DNA of 64,000 nucleotides from positions 1,549 through 65,548 of the forward strand of contig JAGVER010000010.1 in assembly GCA_020058085.1 (NCBI GenBank), written 5' to 3'. The position numbers were made by a program, and so were the translations under genes. This DNA is from Candidatus Omnitrophota bacterium. GTDB lineage: Bacteria > Omnitrophota > Gorgyraeia > Gygaellales > Profunditerraquicolaceae. Numbering within the stretch: the stretch's first letter is position 1; each line of letters opens with the position of its first letter. Positions 36,508 through 45,959 of this stretch are shown here, in pieces. The notes under the pieces were generated by a model. That model made no database searches. It worked only from the letters and a program-made list of their open reading frames with translations, and was not told the DNA's origin.

Positions 36508-36762
36508 TTATTCTTTGTAAGCCTGTAAGACTAACTCGCTTAACTCCTGACGTTTTTCTCTGGTAACAGGGTAAACCGTGTCATACCATTTACCATCTTT
36601 ACCCTGATGGCAAGGCATACTCACAAATAGGCCATTTACGCCTGAGACAACACGTAGCCCCTTGATTACTACTCCGTCTAACGATATATCCACAAAAGCC
36701 TTAAGCTTAGAATCGCCTTCAATTTTGTGGATACGATCAACCTGAATCGCGATATCGCTCAT
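36508..36762 (-). CDS. spoVG: Septation/regulatory protein SpoVG
   Basis: KLKAFVDISLDGVVIKGLRVVSGVNGLFVSMP...GKWYDTVYPVTRE is the SpoVG pattern. The ATG at 36762 lies 8 nt after AGGAGG; the ORF-track GTG at 36771 has no spacing from the SD. Confidence 0.9.
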   Translation of the reverse strand: MSDIAIQVDRIHKIEGDSKLKAFVDISLDGVVIKGLRVVSGVNGLFVSMPCHQGKDGKWYDTVYPVTREKRQELSELVLQAYKE

Positions 36763-36808
36763 CCTGATCACCTCCTTCTACACTAATAGACGAAGAAGGT
36801 AAGGAAAT

Positions 36809-37849
36809 CTAACTAATTCTTTTTATGTAGCTTTTATAATTAGCTTTGATCTCTCTCAAGGAATCCGAGCCGAATTTCTCTAAGATCGCGTCCGCCAAAA
36901 CAAAAGCGCAAGCAGATTCAGCCACAACTCCGGCAGCTTCAACTACACAGGTATCTGATCGTTCTACAGCCGCTTTAGAAGACTTATTAGTTTTAATATT
37001 AACTGAATCCAATGGCTTCATTAAAGTGCTTATAGGTTTCATACACGCGCGCAGAACTAATTCCTCACCATTGCTAATGCCACCCTCAATCCCTCCGGCA
37101 TTATTAGTCTTACGTAAATAACCTTTACCCTTAGCATGATAAATTTCATCGTGGACCTCGGAACCAAAACTTATAGCATAACCAGATCCCAAACCAACTT
37201 CAAATGACTTTATCCCCGGTATAGAGATGATCGCTTGAGCAAGACGGCCATCTAATCTTTTATCCGCTTGGACATAACTACCCAAACCAACGGGAAGGCC
37301 CTTGGCTCTAACTTCAAATATCCCTCCGACTGTATCCTTAAGCCTGATAGCCTCACTAATTTTATCTCTCATAGAACCGGGAGTATTTTCTCCGCCAACA
37401 GACAAAATTCTGCTAGATATACGCACATTAAATTCATTTAAGAAAATTTTACATAACGCACCTATGCCTACGCTAGCAACAGTACTGCGCGCAGAAGCAC
37501 GCTCTAGGACTTCCCTTATATCCGTAAAACCGTATTTTAGTAACCCCGCTAAGTCCGCATGTCCGGGACGAGGAGAGAATACCTTATACAGCTTCTCAAT
37601 ACTAAAATCATTATTCTTAATCAAGAGAGTAAGCGGACTCCCTAAGGTTAAATTATTTTTCAACCCGGAGAATATTTCGGCACGGTCATTCTCAAGCTGC
37701 ATCCGCTTCCCACGGCCAAAACCCGCCTGCCTGCGCTTTAATTCCTGATTGACTTTAAGTAAATCTATTTTCAAACCTGCCGGCATACCTTCTAATATTG
37801 CTACAATCGCCCTGCCGTGCGATTCACCCGCTGTTAGACATCTTAACAT
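36809..37849 (-). CDS. aroC: Chorismate synthase
   Basis: Start at MLRCLTAGESHG (AAGGAGG SD). GRGKRM and RSDTCVVEAAGVV motifs. The first 9 codons of the ORF track lie in the repeat. Confidence 0.93.
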   Translation of the reverse strand: MLRCLTAGESHGRAIVAILEGMPAGLKIDLLKVNQELKRRQAGFGRGKRMQLENDRAEIFSGLKNNLTLGSPLTLLIKNNDFSIEKLYKVFSPRPGHADLAGLLKYGFTDIREVLERASARSTVASVGIGALCKIFLNEFNVRISSRILSVGGENTPGSMRDKISEAIRLKDTVGGIFEVRAKGLPVGLGSYVQADKRLDGRLAQAIISIPGIKSFEVGLGSGYAISFGSEVHDEIYHAKGKGYLRKTNNAGGIEGGISNGEELVLRACMKPISTLMKPLDSVNIKTNKSSKAAVERSDTCVVEAAGVVAESACAFVLADAILEKFGSDSLREIKANYKSYIKRIS

Positions 37850-38098
37850 ATTAAACCTCCTTGCGCAGTAGCGCACATCCCGCAGAAAACGGGATACTCG
37901 ACATTCGCCTCAGATGAGGCGCACTTTGCCTCGATTGGCAAAGGTGCATTTATGTCGAGGTACCGGCCTCTCGCCCAGAATGGGCCGCCCCCTGAAGGGA
38001 ACGCTTGGCAATCGCTTCAGAAGAAGCGTACTTTGCTTTCAAATAGGCAAAGGTACATTTATGCCAAGGTGCAAATAAGGCCGGGTGCTAACACTTTC
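37850..38098. repeat. Structured intergenic repeat, copy D (249 nt; two tandem three-way-junction modules plus flanking hairpins)
   Basis: TGCGC-AGTA-GCGCA 37862-37875; ATCCCG..CGGGAT 37877-37895. Module M1 37897-37959 and module M2 38004-38068. Outer stem GTACCGGCC 37960-37968 / GGCCGGGTGC 38079-38088. Spans the SNase stop to the aroC SD. Confidence 0.85.
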
Positions 38099-38668
38099 TT
38101 ACTCCTTCCAAAGACCGCGCTTATTTTCACGCGCCTCTCGGTATAATTTTAAAAATAAATCCGCGTATTTTACATTCGGCGGATAAGTCATTAGTGAGGC
38201 ATAGCCCTCTTTGACTATCTCCGCATTCACAAATGTGCCGTCTTTTAAATAAACATAGGCAAGTAACCTCTTATACCTATCCTGCCTCTCTACGTCGAAC
38301 TCTAAACTGACAACTTTGCCTTCAACCAAATCTTTGGTAAACTGATAGGAGCGCTGGCCCACCTCTTTAATCTCTAAGACACTCTCTTGACTGCGCTTGG
38401 AATCGCGATAAAGCTTATCGGACTCGTGTATTTCAGGCGTATCAATTCCTATTAAACGCACCCTCTCCCCGCTAGCCAAAACAAACGTATCCCCATCCAC
38501 CACTCTCTTGACTACAATATTCGCATAATCATAGGATTTGCCAACGGGGATCTTAAACTTAACCTCTTCTCGGGAATGAAAACTAGGATCCAGGTCTCCA
38601 GCATAAAGGTAAACGCTAAAAATTAAGATACCTACTATAGAAAACAAAATGAATCTAAATCTCTTCAT
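38099..38668 (-). CDS. Secreted/anchored thermonuclease (staphylococcal nuclease homologue)
   Basis: 189 aa. Hydrophobic N-terminus; VVDGDTF...VRLIGIDTPE, and the YGRLLAYV-like RYKRLLAYVY. Confidence 0.85.
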   Translation of the reverse strand: MKRFRFILFSIVGILIFSVYLYAGDLDPSFHSREEVKFKIPVGKSYDYANIVVKRVVDGDTFVLASGERVRLIGIDTPEIHESDKLYRDSKRSQESVLEIKEVGQRSYQFTKDLVEGKVVSLEFDVERQDRYKRLLAYVYLKDGTFVNAEIVKEGYASLMTYPPNVKYADLFLKLYREARENKRGLWKE

Positions 38669-38691
38669 CTTACTCCCCCCGTTATTAATTA

Positions 38692-40635
38692 TTGCCTATG
38701 TTCATTTTACTATTTATTATAGATAAATCAATGATTTTAGAATATAATGACCCTATGATTTACGATAAATTCCAACAAGAAGCTATTGATCATATTAATC
38801 AAGGGTATTCGGTTATCGTTTCAGCGCCTACTGGCGCAGGCAAGACTGCGATTGCTGAACATGTAATCAGCACTTCTTTAGAGAAAAAAATAGGGGTAAT
38901 CTACACCGCGCCGATTAAAGCCCTATCCAACCAGAAATTCCGCGACTTCCAAGGGAGCTTTAAAGATAATATCGGCATATTAACCGGCGATGTATCCTTA
39001 AATCCTTTCGCCCCAGTTTTAATCATGACCACCGAAATATTCCGCAATAAGATCCTGGACGAACCAGAAAGCCTAAAAAGATACTCTTGGGTAATATTTG
39101 ACGAGATCCATTATATTGATAATCCTGAACGTGGGACGGTCTGGGAAGAATCCCTCATCTTCCTGCCTAAATATATGAATATATTAGGACTCTCCGCGAC
39201 AATACCTAACATTAAACAATTCGCTTCTTGGATTGAATCCGTGCACAATAAACCGGTTAAAACTGTAATTGAAGAAAAACGCCCGGTTCCTTTACACTTC
39301 TTCTTTCAGGCGGGCAATGAAATAGTAGACAAAATAGACCGCCTTAGAAGGACTAAATTCAGCAAACCCAGTAAATTATACGAGCTTATAAATTATCTCC
39401 GTAATCAAGAAGGCCTCCCTTGTATATATTTTGTCTTTGGCAGAAGGCGCGCTGAAGAATTAGCTTCGGAACTGGCGAACACGAACTTTTTAAATAAAGA
39501 TGAAAAAATAAAAATCACCGAGCTTTACACTTCCCTCTGCGAACGCTTTAATCTAAAAACCGACCGCACGGCGCAAGATTTATACCAACTTGTGCAGCAA
39601 GGCATTGCCTATCACCACGCTGGAATGCTTCCTACTTTAAAAGAAGTAATCGAGAGGCTATTCACCAGCAAGCTTATTAAGGTTATATTCACTACTGAAA
39701 CATTCGCCCTGGGGATAAATATGCCCAGCCGCTCAGTTATATTCGACGGGCTACGTAAATTCTACGGCCGATATATGCGTAATTTAAAAACCCGGGACTT
39801 TTATCAGATGGCCGGACGCGCTGGCAGGCGTGGTATAGATACAGAAGGATTTGTTTATTCCCGTATTAATCTTCAGAGGATAAGGATTGACGAAGCAAAG
39901 CGCATTATTTACGGGCCAGCTGAAGAAGTAAAGAGCCAACTAAATACATCTTATGCCACGATTCTTAATCTTTACGAAAAATATAAAGACGAGCTCTTTA
40001 AGGTCTACCCTTTATCGCTGCATTATTTTCAGTCGCGCAAAAACGAACAAAAAGAAGCCTTAAGGTTAATTGAGGCAAAGCTAAAGCTGCTTAAAGATTG
40101 GGGTCATATTGACGGCGAAGGCCTGACTCAAAAAGGACTCTTTGCCAAAACCACCTATGGCTATGAACTAATATTAAGCGAGCTCTATGACCAACAAATC
40201 CTGGAGCAACTTGATGAATTTGGCTTAGGGATAGTAGCTGCGGCAGTTGTCTTTGAGCCGCGTAAAAACCAACGCATACCTTCAAGTCTATCAAAACCAA
40301 CACACAAGATTAAGAAAATATGTGAAGAGGTGTATGATAAAATTAAGCATAAGGAGCAAAGATTCCATATTTATCCTTTCAGCAAAATCCCCTACTTTCA
40401 CATGAGCATGGCTATGGAAGCTTGGCTGCGCGGGACAACATTTGATAAAATCCTAAGGTTTAGCGATACTGACGAAGGAGAAGTAGTGCGTTATTTTAGG
40501 ATGAGCGTACAGGTCTTGCGGGAGATCTCCGAGGCAAAAGTAGTTTCTTACCTCTTAAAAGATAAAATCAAAGAAACTATCCGAGTGATTAACCGCGACG
40601 TAGTCGACGCAGAGAAACAGCTTAGAGAAGGTTAA
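38692..40635 (+). CDS. Ski2-like (HelY/DSH-type) superfamily 2 RNA/DNA helicase
   Basis: 647 aa. Motif [36 protein letters not shown]; C-terminal Ski2-type region. The start is uncertain (ATGs at 38692, 38731, 38755) and there is no clear SD. Confidence 0.8.
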   Translation: MPMFILLFIIDKSMILEYNDPMIYDKFQQEAIDHINQGYSVIVSAPTGAGKTAIAEHVISTSLEKKIGVIYTAPIKALSNQKFRDFQGSFKDNIGILTGDVSLNPFAPVLIMTTEIFRNKILDEPESLKRYSWVIFDEIHYIDNPERGTVWEESLIFLPKYMNILGLSATIPNIKQFASWIESVHNKPVKTVIEEKRPVPLHFFFQAGNEIVDKIDRLRRTKFSKPSKLYELINYLRNQEGLPCIYFVFGRRRAEELASELANTNFLNKDEKIKITELYTSLCERFNLKTDRTAQDLYQLVQQGIAYHHAGMLPTLKEVIERLFTSKLIKVIFTTETFALGINMPSRSVIFDGLRKFYGRYMRNLKTRDFYQMAGRAGRRGIDTEGFVYSRINLQRIRIDEAKRIIYGPAEEVKSQLNTSYATILNLYEKYKDELFKVYPLSLHYFQSRKNEQKEALRLIEAKLKLLKDWGHIDGEGLTQKGLFAKTTYGYELILSELYDQQILEQLDEFGLGIVAAAVVFEPRKNQRIPSSLSKPTHKIKKICEEVYDKIKHKEQRFHIYPFSKIPYFHMSMAMEAWLRGTTFDKILRFSDTDEGEVVRYFRMSVQVLREISEAKVVSYLLKDKIKETIRVINRDVVDAEKQLREG

Positions 40636-41566
40636 GGTAATCCTCTAGGATTTTCTTGTGATCAAAAGCAAAATCGTATTTCTTTAGATCCTTTAAACTT
40701 ACAACCTTAAGGCCTGCGGCATCATCTCCTGCTTGAGGTTTACCTTTAGCCTTAGCGATAAAAACCGTACCAATGGTATGAAAACGCGGATCGCGTTTAG
40801 GGTCAGAATAAGTATGTAGCTGTTTAATCTCAGTTAAATCTAAACCTGTTTCTTCTTTGGCTTCCCTTTTTACCGCTTCCTCCAGGCTCTCTCCGTAATC
40901 CACGAATCCCCCGGGAAGCGCCCAACCAAAAGGCGGATTGCTTCTTTGAATAATCACTATCCCCTCGGGCAACTCTATAATCGCGTCAACTGTAGTAAAG
41001 GGTCCGTTTTGTAATTTATAAAGAATATGCTCGAGGTATTTTATAACGCCTTGATTAAAAACTTCATACGCCTCTTTATTATAAAGGCAAAATACGACCT
41101 CTTTTATTCTCGAATCCTCTTCTCTTAAATACCGCCATATCTCCTGCGCCATGATTTTAGCAGAAGCTAATAAGGGAAATCCGCCTGTGCCGCAGCCTAG
41201 CGCCGGAAAAACAATTGAGCCTACGCCTAACTCATCAGCAACCTTCAGAGAATTCCTACAAGAATTACGAATCTTTATTTCATCGGTTTTATAATCAATC
41301 CCCATAGTCGCAGCATGAATAACATATTTTGCCTTTAAATCTCCGGCAGAGGTAAAAATTGCTTCGCCTATACCTATAGGACACTTTTTTACTGCCTCAT
41401 CTTCAATAATCTTACCGCCTTTTTTCTTTATCGCTGCGGCAACTCCTCCACCCATAACCCCTCTGTTATTGGCAGCATTCACAATCGCATCTACTTTAAA
41501 ATCGGTAATATCCCCTAAAACAACTTTAATTTCGGTATCTTTTATTTTCATAATTACCTCAGACAA
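40622..41566 (-). CDS. Macro domain - Nudix hydrolase fusion (ADP-ribose processing)
   Basis: 314 aa. The N-terminal macro domain has [25 protein letters not shown]. The C-terminal Nudix box is [24 protein letters not shown]. Confidence 0.85.
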   Translation of the reverse strand: MSEVIMKIKDTEIKVVLGDITDFKVDAIVNAANNRGVMGGGVAAAIKKKGGKIIEDEAVKKCPIGIGEAIFTSAGDLKAKYVIHAATMGIDYKTDEIKIRNSCRNSLKVADELGVGSIVFPALGCGTGGFPLLASAKIMAQEIWRYLREEDSRIKEVVFCLYNKEAYEVFNQGVIKYLEHILYKLQNGPFTTVDAIIELPEGIVIIQRSNPPFGWALPGGFVDYGESLEEAVKREAKEETGLDLTEIKQLHTYSDPKRDPRFHTIGTVFIAKAKGKPQAGDDAAGLKVVSLKDLKKYDFAFDHKKILEDYLNLL

Positions 41567-42132
41567 ATTTTATGCATCAGCCAAGCCATGTTTTTACCTA
41601 GTGTAATCATCGTATCTATCCCTTCTTCATCTTTATCTACTTCCCCTATCTCTCGTCCAATACCAATATTCCAATAGGAAGAACCTACTGTAATCATCTG
41701 GCTTATGGTAAAAAAATGGTTGATAGTATCAAAAGCATGGATTGCACCGGCGCGCCTTACTGCAATTACCGCGGCCCCGATTTTACGCTTAAACATCTGA
41801 TCGTTAGCTCTGGCAACCATACCCGCGCGCTCTATCAAAGCTTTTATCTGTATAGTACAGTCGGCAAAATAAGTGGGTGAACCTAAAATAATCCCGTCTG
41901 CTTCGAGCATCTTGGCGATATAGTCATTAATTAGATCATCGGTTACCGCGCATCTCTTGTTTTTTGCGGAAAAACATTTACGGCAAGCAATACATCCTTG
42001 TATCTTTTGCCCCGCAAGTTGAATAAGCTCGACCTCAACCCCTTCTTTTTCAAGCTCTTTAAGAACGCGTTTGATCAGGATTGCGGTATTGCCGTCCTTA
42101 CGCGCGCTACCATTAAAAGCAACAACCTTCAT
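41554..42132 (-). CDS. Iron-sulfur flavoprotein / NADPH-dependent FMN reductase family
   Basis: 192 aa. [16 protein letters not shown], Cys cluster CIACRKC...C, flavodoxin-like fold. 13-nt overlap with the macro-Nudix gene. Confidence 0.75.
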   Translation of the reverse strand: MKVVAFNGSARKDGNTAILIKRVLKELEKEGVEVELIQLAGQKIQGCIACRKCFSAKNKRCAVTDDLINDYIAKMLEADGIILGSPTYFADCTIQIKALIERAGMVARANDQMFKRKIGAAVIAVRRAGAIHAFDTINHFFTISQMITVGSSYWNIGIGREIGEVDKDEEGIDTMITLGKNMAWLMHKICLR

Positions 42133-42174
42133 TATTTAATCCCTCCCCCCCTATCCGCTAATTAAAATATATTA

Positions 42175-42251
42175 GATTAGCGGGTGACGAGGACTGATTC
42201 CGAGCGAGCGTGATGCGAGCGAGGAACAGCCCTCGGCAGGACCCGCTAATC
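42175..42251 (-). terminator. Long imperfect hairpin overlapping the yjbQ stop; terminator candidate
   Basis: 11-bp closing stem GATTAGCGGGT (42175-42185) / ACCCGCTAATC (42241-42251), with inner CGAGG/CCTCG pairing. On the minus strand it is followed by UCUAAUAUAUUUUAAUU. A third CCGCTAA copy lies at 42145-42151. Confidence 0.4.
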
Positions 42252-42665
42252 TCCAATTATTTTAATTAACACCCTCTTCTTACGCTGGCCGTCAAACTCA
42301 CCATAGAATATTTGCTCCCATGGCCCAAAATCCAACTTTCCTTGAGTAATTGCCGCTACCACTTCTCGGCCCATAATCGTCCTCTTTAAATGCGCGTCAG
42401 CATTATCCTCGCCGGTAAGATTGTGCTGATATTTATCTTTACCGTAAGGAGCCAGCTTTTCAACCCAAAGAGCAAAATCTTTATGCAGGCCAGCCTCATC
42501 ATCGTTAATAAATACGCTTGAAGTAATATGCATAGCATTAACCAAACATAACCCTTCTTTGACCCCGCTTTTTCTAAGCGCGCCTTCCACTTGTTCAGTT
42601 ATATTTACAAACTCTAGGCGCTTGGGAGTATTGAACCAAAGGTATTCTGTATAACTTTTCATCAT
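42246..42665 (-). CDS. yjbQ: YjbQ/UPF0047 family protein (secondary thiamine-phosphate synthase-like)
   Basis: 139 aa. [12 protein letters not shown]...[10 protein letters not shown]...[13 protein letters not shown] is the family pattern. Confidence 0.88.
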   Translation of the reverse strand: MMKSYTEYLWFNTPKRLEFVNITEQVEGALRKSGVKEGLCLVNAMHITSSVFINDDEAGLHKDFALWVEKLAPYGKDKYQHNLTGEDNADAHLKRTIMGREVVAAITQGKLDFGPWEQIFYGEFDGQRKKRVLIKIIGD

Positions 42666-43357
42666 AATTTCTCCAAGATTAGTCTCTTCTCTTTTTGATC
42701 AATCTTAAAATTAAAATTCTTTAGAAAAGACATCCCCAACAATCCGTCTCCAAACCCGAAATCACCTTTTTCTTCCATCAAAACAGAAGCAGCTACATTC
42801 TTAATTTCAGAATTCTCAACCTTAACATTATCCAAAACAATACGCGCGGCATCAACTGACCGGCCATCAGCTAGCGACACTTTCATATCGGGTTTAAGTT
42901 TATCTAAATCAATCCCCAATTTTTTAGCTACGCCTCTTGTTATCAAAATTAGCGACGCGCCGGTATCTAAAACCATCTCGGCCTCGACTTTATTGTTTAG
43001 AGTAACTCCAATAGTCATACCCCTAGCATCATGCGAGAAAACTGCCTTGCGCGGCTTACTCTCTTCTTCCATTTTCTGCTTAGCTAATCTATTATCGAGC
43101 TCAAGCTTATTTCTTTGCCAACGGTCGCGTAAAGAATCTAAATCTTCTGCCGAAGATCTAAAAATATCCGCTATCTCGTTCTTTGAGAATTTAACCAAAC
43201 CTGAACCTACTTCAAGCTCAAGGCTCTCCGCATCTTCTTCTCTAATAATCCCCTCAATACTACGGCCATTCTTAAGCTTAAGAGTATCTGCGAATACTTG
43301 AGAGAATATAATAAACAAAAGAAGTTGGCAACAACTAAACTTAAATATATTTTTCAT
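42662..43357 (-). CDS. Secreted retropepsin-like (clan AA) aspartic protease
   Basis: 231 aa. Signal peptide; [11 protein letters not shown] active-site motif; LLGMSFL. Confidence 0.8.
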   Translation of the reverse strand: MKNIFKFSCCQLLLFIIFSQVFADTLKLKNGRSIEGIIREEDAESLELEVGSGLVKFSKNEIADIFRSSAEDLDSLRDRWQRNKLELDNRLAKQKMEEESKPRKAVFSHDARGMTIGVTLNNKVEAEMVLDTGASLILITRGVAKKLGIDLDKLKPDMKVSLADGRSVDAARIVLDNVKVENSEIKNVAASVLMEEKGDFGFGDGLLGMSFLKNFNFKIDQKEKRLILEKL

Positions 43358-43447
43358 TCTCTATCCTTTATTGTCCTTTAGGATAAGGGCCATCTTCTTC
43401 TTGCCCTCTTTCTTGGCTTTAGGCGCAAGGAATATGCCGACTTCTCT

Positions 43448-45958
43448 TTACTTTTTAGAGATTGCATTCCTAAGGACATCTGTTAAGCCTTTGATAATAT
43501 TCTCCATGACTGGTTTAAGCTTATATTTAGGATCACTAAGGGTACCAGTTATATTTATGGTTGCAAATTTACCAGCTTTCTCAATAACCGCGGTAGTAAC
43601 GTCTTTCAACGTACCACTTAAAGGGACAAGATTATCAAGAATATCGATATTAAGAGAAGCATCTATGGAACTATTAAACCCTAATTTGACTAATCCGGAT
43701 AAATAGGCTATATTGCTTTTAAGCATGAGATCTTTTGTAAAAATGTAGCTATCCTGTATAACAAAATTACATGATCCTTCATGAAAAACTATCTGGGCAA
43801 AATCTTTAGTAAATAATATTTTACCCAATCCTTTAAAGATATTGAGTTCCCATAGCTTGCCTTTAGTGATAGCCAGATTTCCGACGCCAGTGAGCTTGGA
43901 TAAATCATTATAGAACCCATTGGCCTTAACCTCGCCTTGTATAATTCCTGCTATATCTTTATCCTTAGCTCCGGTATCTAATTTCAGCTCTTCAACCTTT
44001 ATCTCCTGCATGAATAAATTAATCGAATACGGTAAATTATCGGATTTTAGATTTGCTTTGGCTGAAGCATTAACCGTGCCTCCATAAAAATAAAAATTTA
44101 AAGATGGAACATCCATAATCCCGGACTGCTGATTATAATCACAGGAGAACCCGCTCCCCTTTAACCCGTAGAGAGATATTTGCGGGCTTAAAATCTGAGC
44201 CTGTATCGCGCAACCCTTGAGGTCTCTTATATCTCCGCCCAAAGTAAATTTAACCTGCATATCGCCTTCGGGCGAAATTCGCGCCATCTCTTCCTTAAAC
44301 TTTGCTAACGGCTTCTTTAAGTCTTGCAGCTTTATACCTAATACCCCTGAAATATCAGCATCGGAACTTGAAGTATCAAAATTACCAGTAAGATTAAAAT
44401 CTGAATGCAAGTATCTTCCGGAGAGGGCAGATATATTAATCTTGGATCCATCCAGAGTAAAATTAGATTTAACAGTTAGATCTTCAGAGAGAAGCCCCAG
44501 AACAACAGCCGGGGACTTGAAATTATTAATCAACACGGATAATTTATACGGAAGGCCTTGATATTTAAAGTTTATTTCTTCAGCTTGAAACTGATCGGAA
44601 GTAAAATCCAAACGGCCCTTAACCTCCTGAATTGGATCATTAATTTTATCTAGTTTTAAAATAGCGCTCATAATATCCAGATAACCGCTTAGGTCAAAAA
44701 CCCCCTTATTCAATTTATTTGTAGAGATATTCAACAAGAGGTCAGCATTTCCGCTTAACGCTGCAGGTAATATAAAATTAAACTTAACCTTCAATAAATC
44801 TTGGGCCTTGGCTAAATCAAGGGTGGAGACTAAATCAACATTTAAGACTGGACTATTAAAATCATTTAATTTTAATCTAGCCTTCACCGGTAGATTCCAG
44901 ATATTAACTTGGATATTATCTGAAACTAGCCCATTGTTATCAAAATTAAATATGGCGTTTAATCCGTTAACTGACTCCACTAAATCTAAGCCGGAAATAG
45001 CCGAGTCTGTAAAAATGGCTTTTCCGGAATACAAGACCTTCCCTTCATTTAATGTGTATTTTACAGAAGCGTTAATTTGCGAGTTTAAATTAAATAAGAT
45101 CTTGTCTTTTACCAGATTAAGACCGGATGATCTTAACTGGCAATCGATATTCATAAGATCATTCTTCAATCCTAAAGAAACCGTGGCATCAATCAAACCA
45201 TTCTTTATCCCTACGCCTAAAGGTTGAAAGTAGGCCGCGATTTTATCAGGCGAAAAATTATTTATTGATATATTCGCGCTTAGTTCTTCTTGCACTATCT
45301 TGAATTCACCGGCTATGGCAATATTAGATTTAGGTTCTCCCCCCCGGGGGATTTGAGCAGAAGCCTTAAATCTTAATGAAGCTGGTAATGATAAATAGAT
45401 GTTAATATTGACATCATCTAAATCTTGGCTGAACGGCACGCTAAGACTATTATCCCTGAAATTAATCATAGAATCAGTGATACTAATCCTATAGATCTCC
45501 ATGCTGAACCCGGCGGATGGTTTAGTCCCGCTAGTTACTGCCGCAGGTTTAAGGACAGGCTGCTTGGAAAGATCTTTTTGTTTAGTGGGAAACAAATCCG
45601 CCAGATTAAAGGTATTGTCTTTGCGTTTTTCCAGAAATATTTGAGCAGAATCGAAATTAATACTCGGGATAATGACCTTTTTCTGGATAAACCCCCAAAC
45701 CCAAAATATGCAAGAAGCCTCTTTTACTTTTATAATTGCCAGATCCCTATCGTAGATATTAAGATCTTTTAAAACCAAACCCTTGAATATATTTATCCTT
45801 AAAGAACCAAGGGTAACTTTCTTTTGGGTTTGATTCTCAATCGCCTTAATAATCAGACCCTTGACTTTCTTAGGAAGCAGAACGTTATTAAGATATGTTA
45901 ATCCTGAAGCGGATAAAATAATTAGGGTAATTAAAATAATAATTATTGTTTTTTTCAT
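43448..45958 (-). CDS. asmA: AsmA-family outer-membrane biogenesis protein
   Basis: Start at MKKTIIIILITLIILSASG, right after the upstream stop. Single N-terminal TM helix, then a long beta-rich repetitive body with a conserved AsmA-like C-terminal end. Confidence 0.75.
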   Translation of the reverse strand: MKKTIIIILITLIILSASGLTYLNNVLLPKKVKGLIIKAIENQTQKKVTLGSLRINIFKGLVLKDLNIYDRDLAIIKVKEASCIFWVWGFIQKKVIIPSINFDSAQIFLEKRKDNTFNLADLFPTKQKDLSKQPVLKPAAVTSGTKPSAGFSMEIYRISITDSMINFRDNSLSVPFSQDLDDVNINIYLSLPASLRFKASAQIPRGGEPKSNIAIAGEFKIVQEELSANISINNFSPDKIAAYFQPLGVGIKNGLIDATVSLGLKNDLMNIDCQLRSSGLNLVKDKILFNLNSQINASVKYTLNEGKVLYSGKAIFTDSAISGLDLVESVNGLNAIFNFDNNGLVSDNIQVNIWNLPVKARLKLNDFNSPVLNVDLVSTLDLAKAQDLLKVKFNFILPAALSGNADLLLNISTNKLNKGVFDLSGYLDIMSAILKLDKINDPIQEVKGRLDFTSDQFQAEEINFKYQGLPYKLSVLINNFKSPAVVLGLLSEDLTVKSNFTLDGSKINISALSGRYLHSDFNLTGNFDTSSSDADISGVLGIKLQDLKKPLAKFKEEMARISPEGDMQVKFTLGGDIRDLKGCAIQAQILSPQISLYGLKGSGFSCDYNQQSGIMDVPSLNFYFYGGTVNASAKANLKSDNLPYSINLFMQEIKVEELKLDTGAKDKDIAGIIQGEVKANGFYNDLSKLTGVGNLAITKGKLWELNIFKGLGKILFTKDFAQIVFHEGSCNFVIQDSYIFTKDLMLKSNIAYLSGLVKLGFNSSIDASLNIDILDNLVPLSGTLKDVTTAVIEKAGKFATINITGTLSDPKYKLKPVMENIIKGLTDVLRNAISKK

Positions 45959-45959
45959 T

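Noticed and set aside
36772-36808. Hairpin CCTTCT/AGAAGG partly covering the spoVG SD (possible translational control)
   Set aside because: The stem is only 6 bp with an AU-rich 14-nt loop, which is too weak to claim without conservation data.
37952-38146. 64-aa plus-strand ORF inside the aroC leader
   Set aside because: It lies entirely within hairpin modules whose variation is compensatory for pairing, not for codons. There is no SD.
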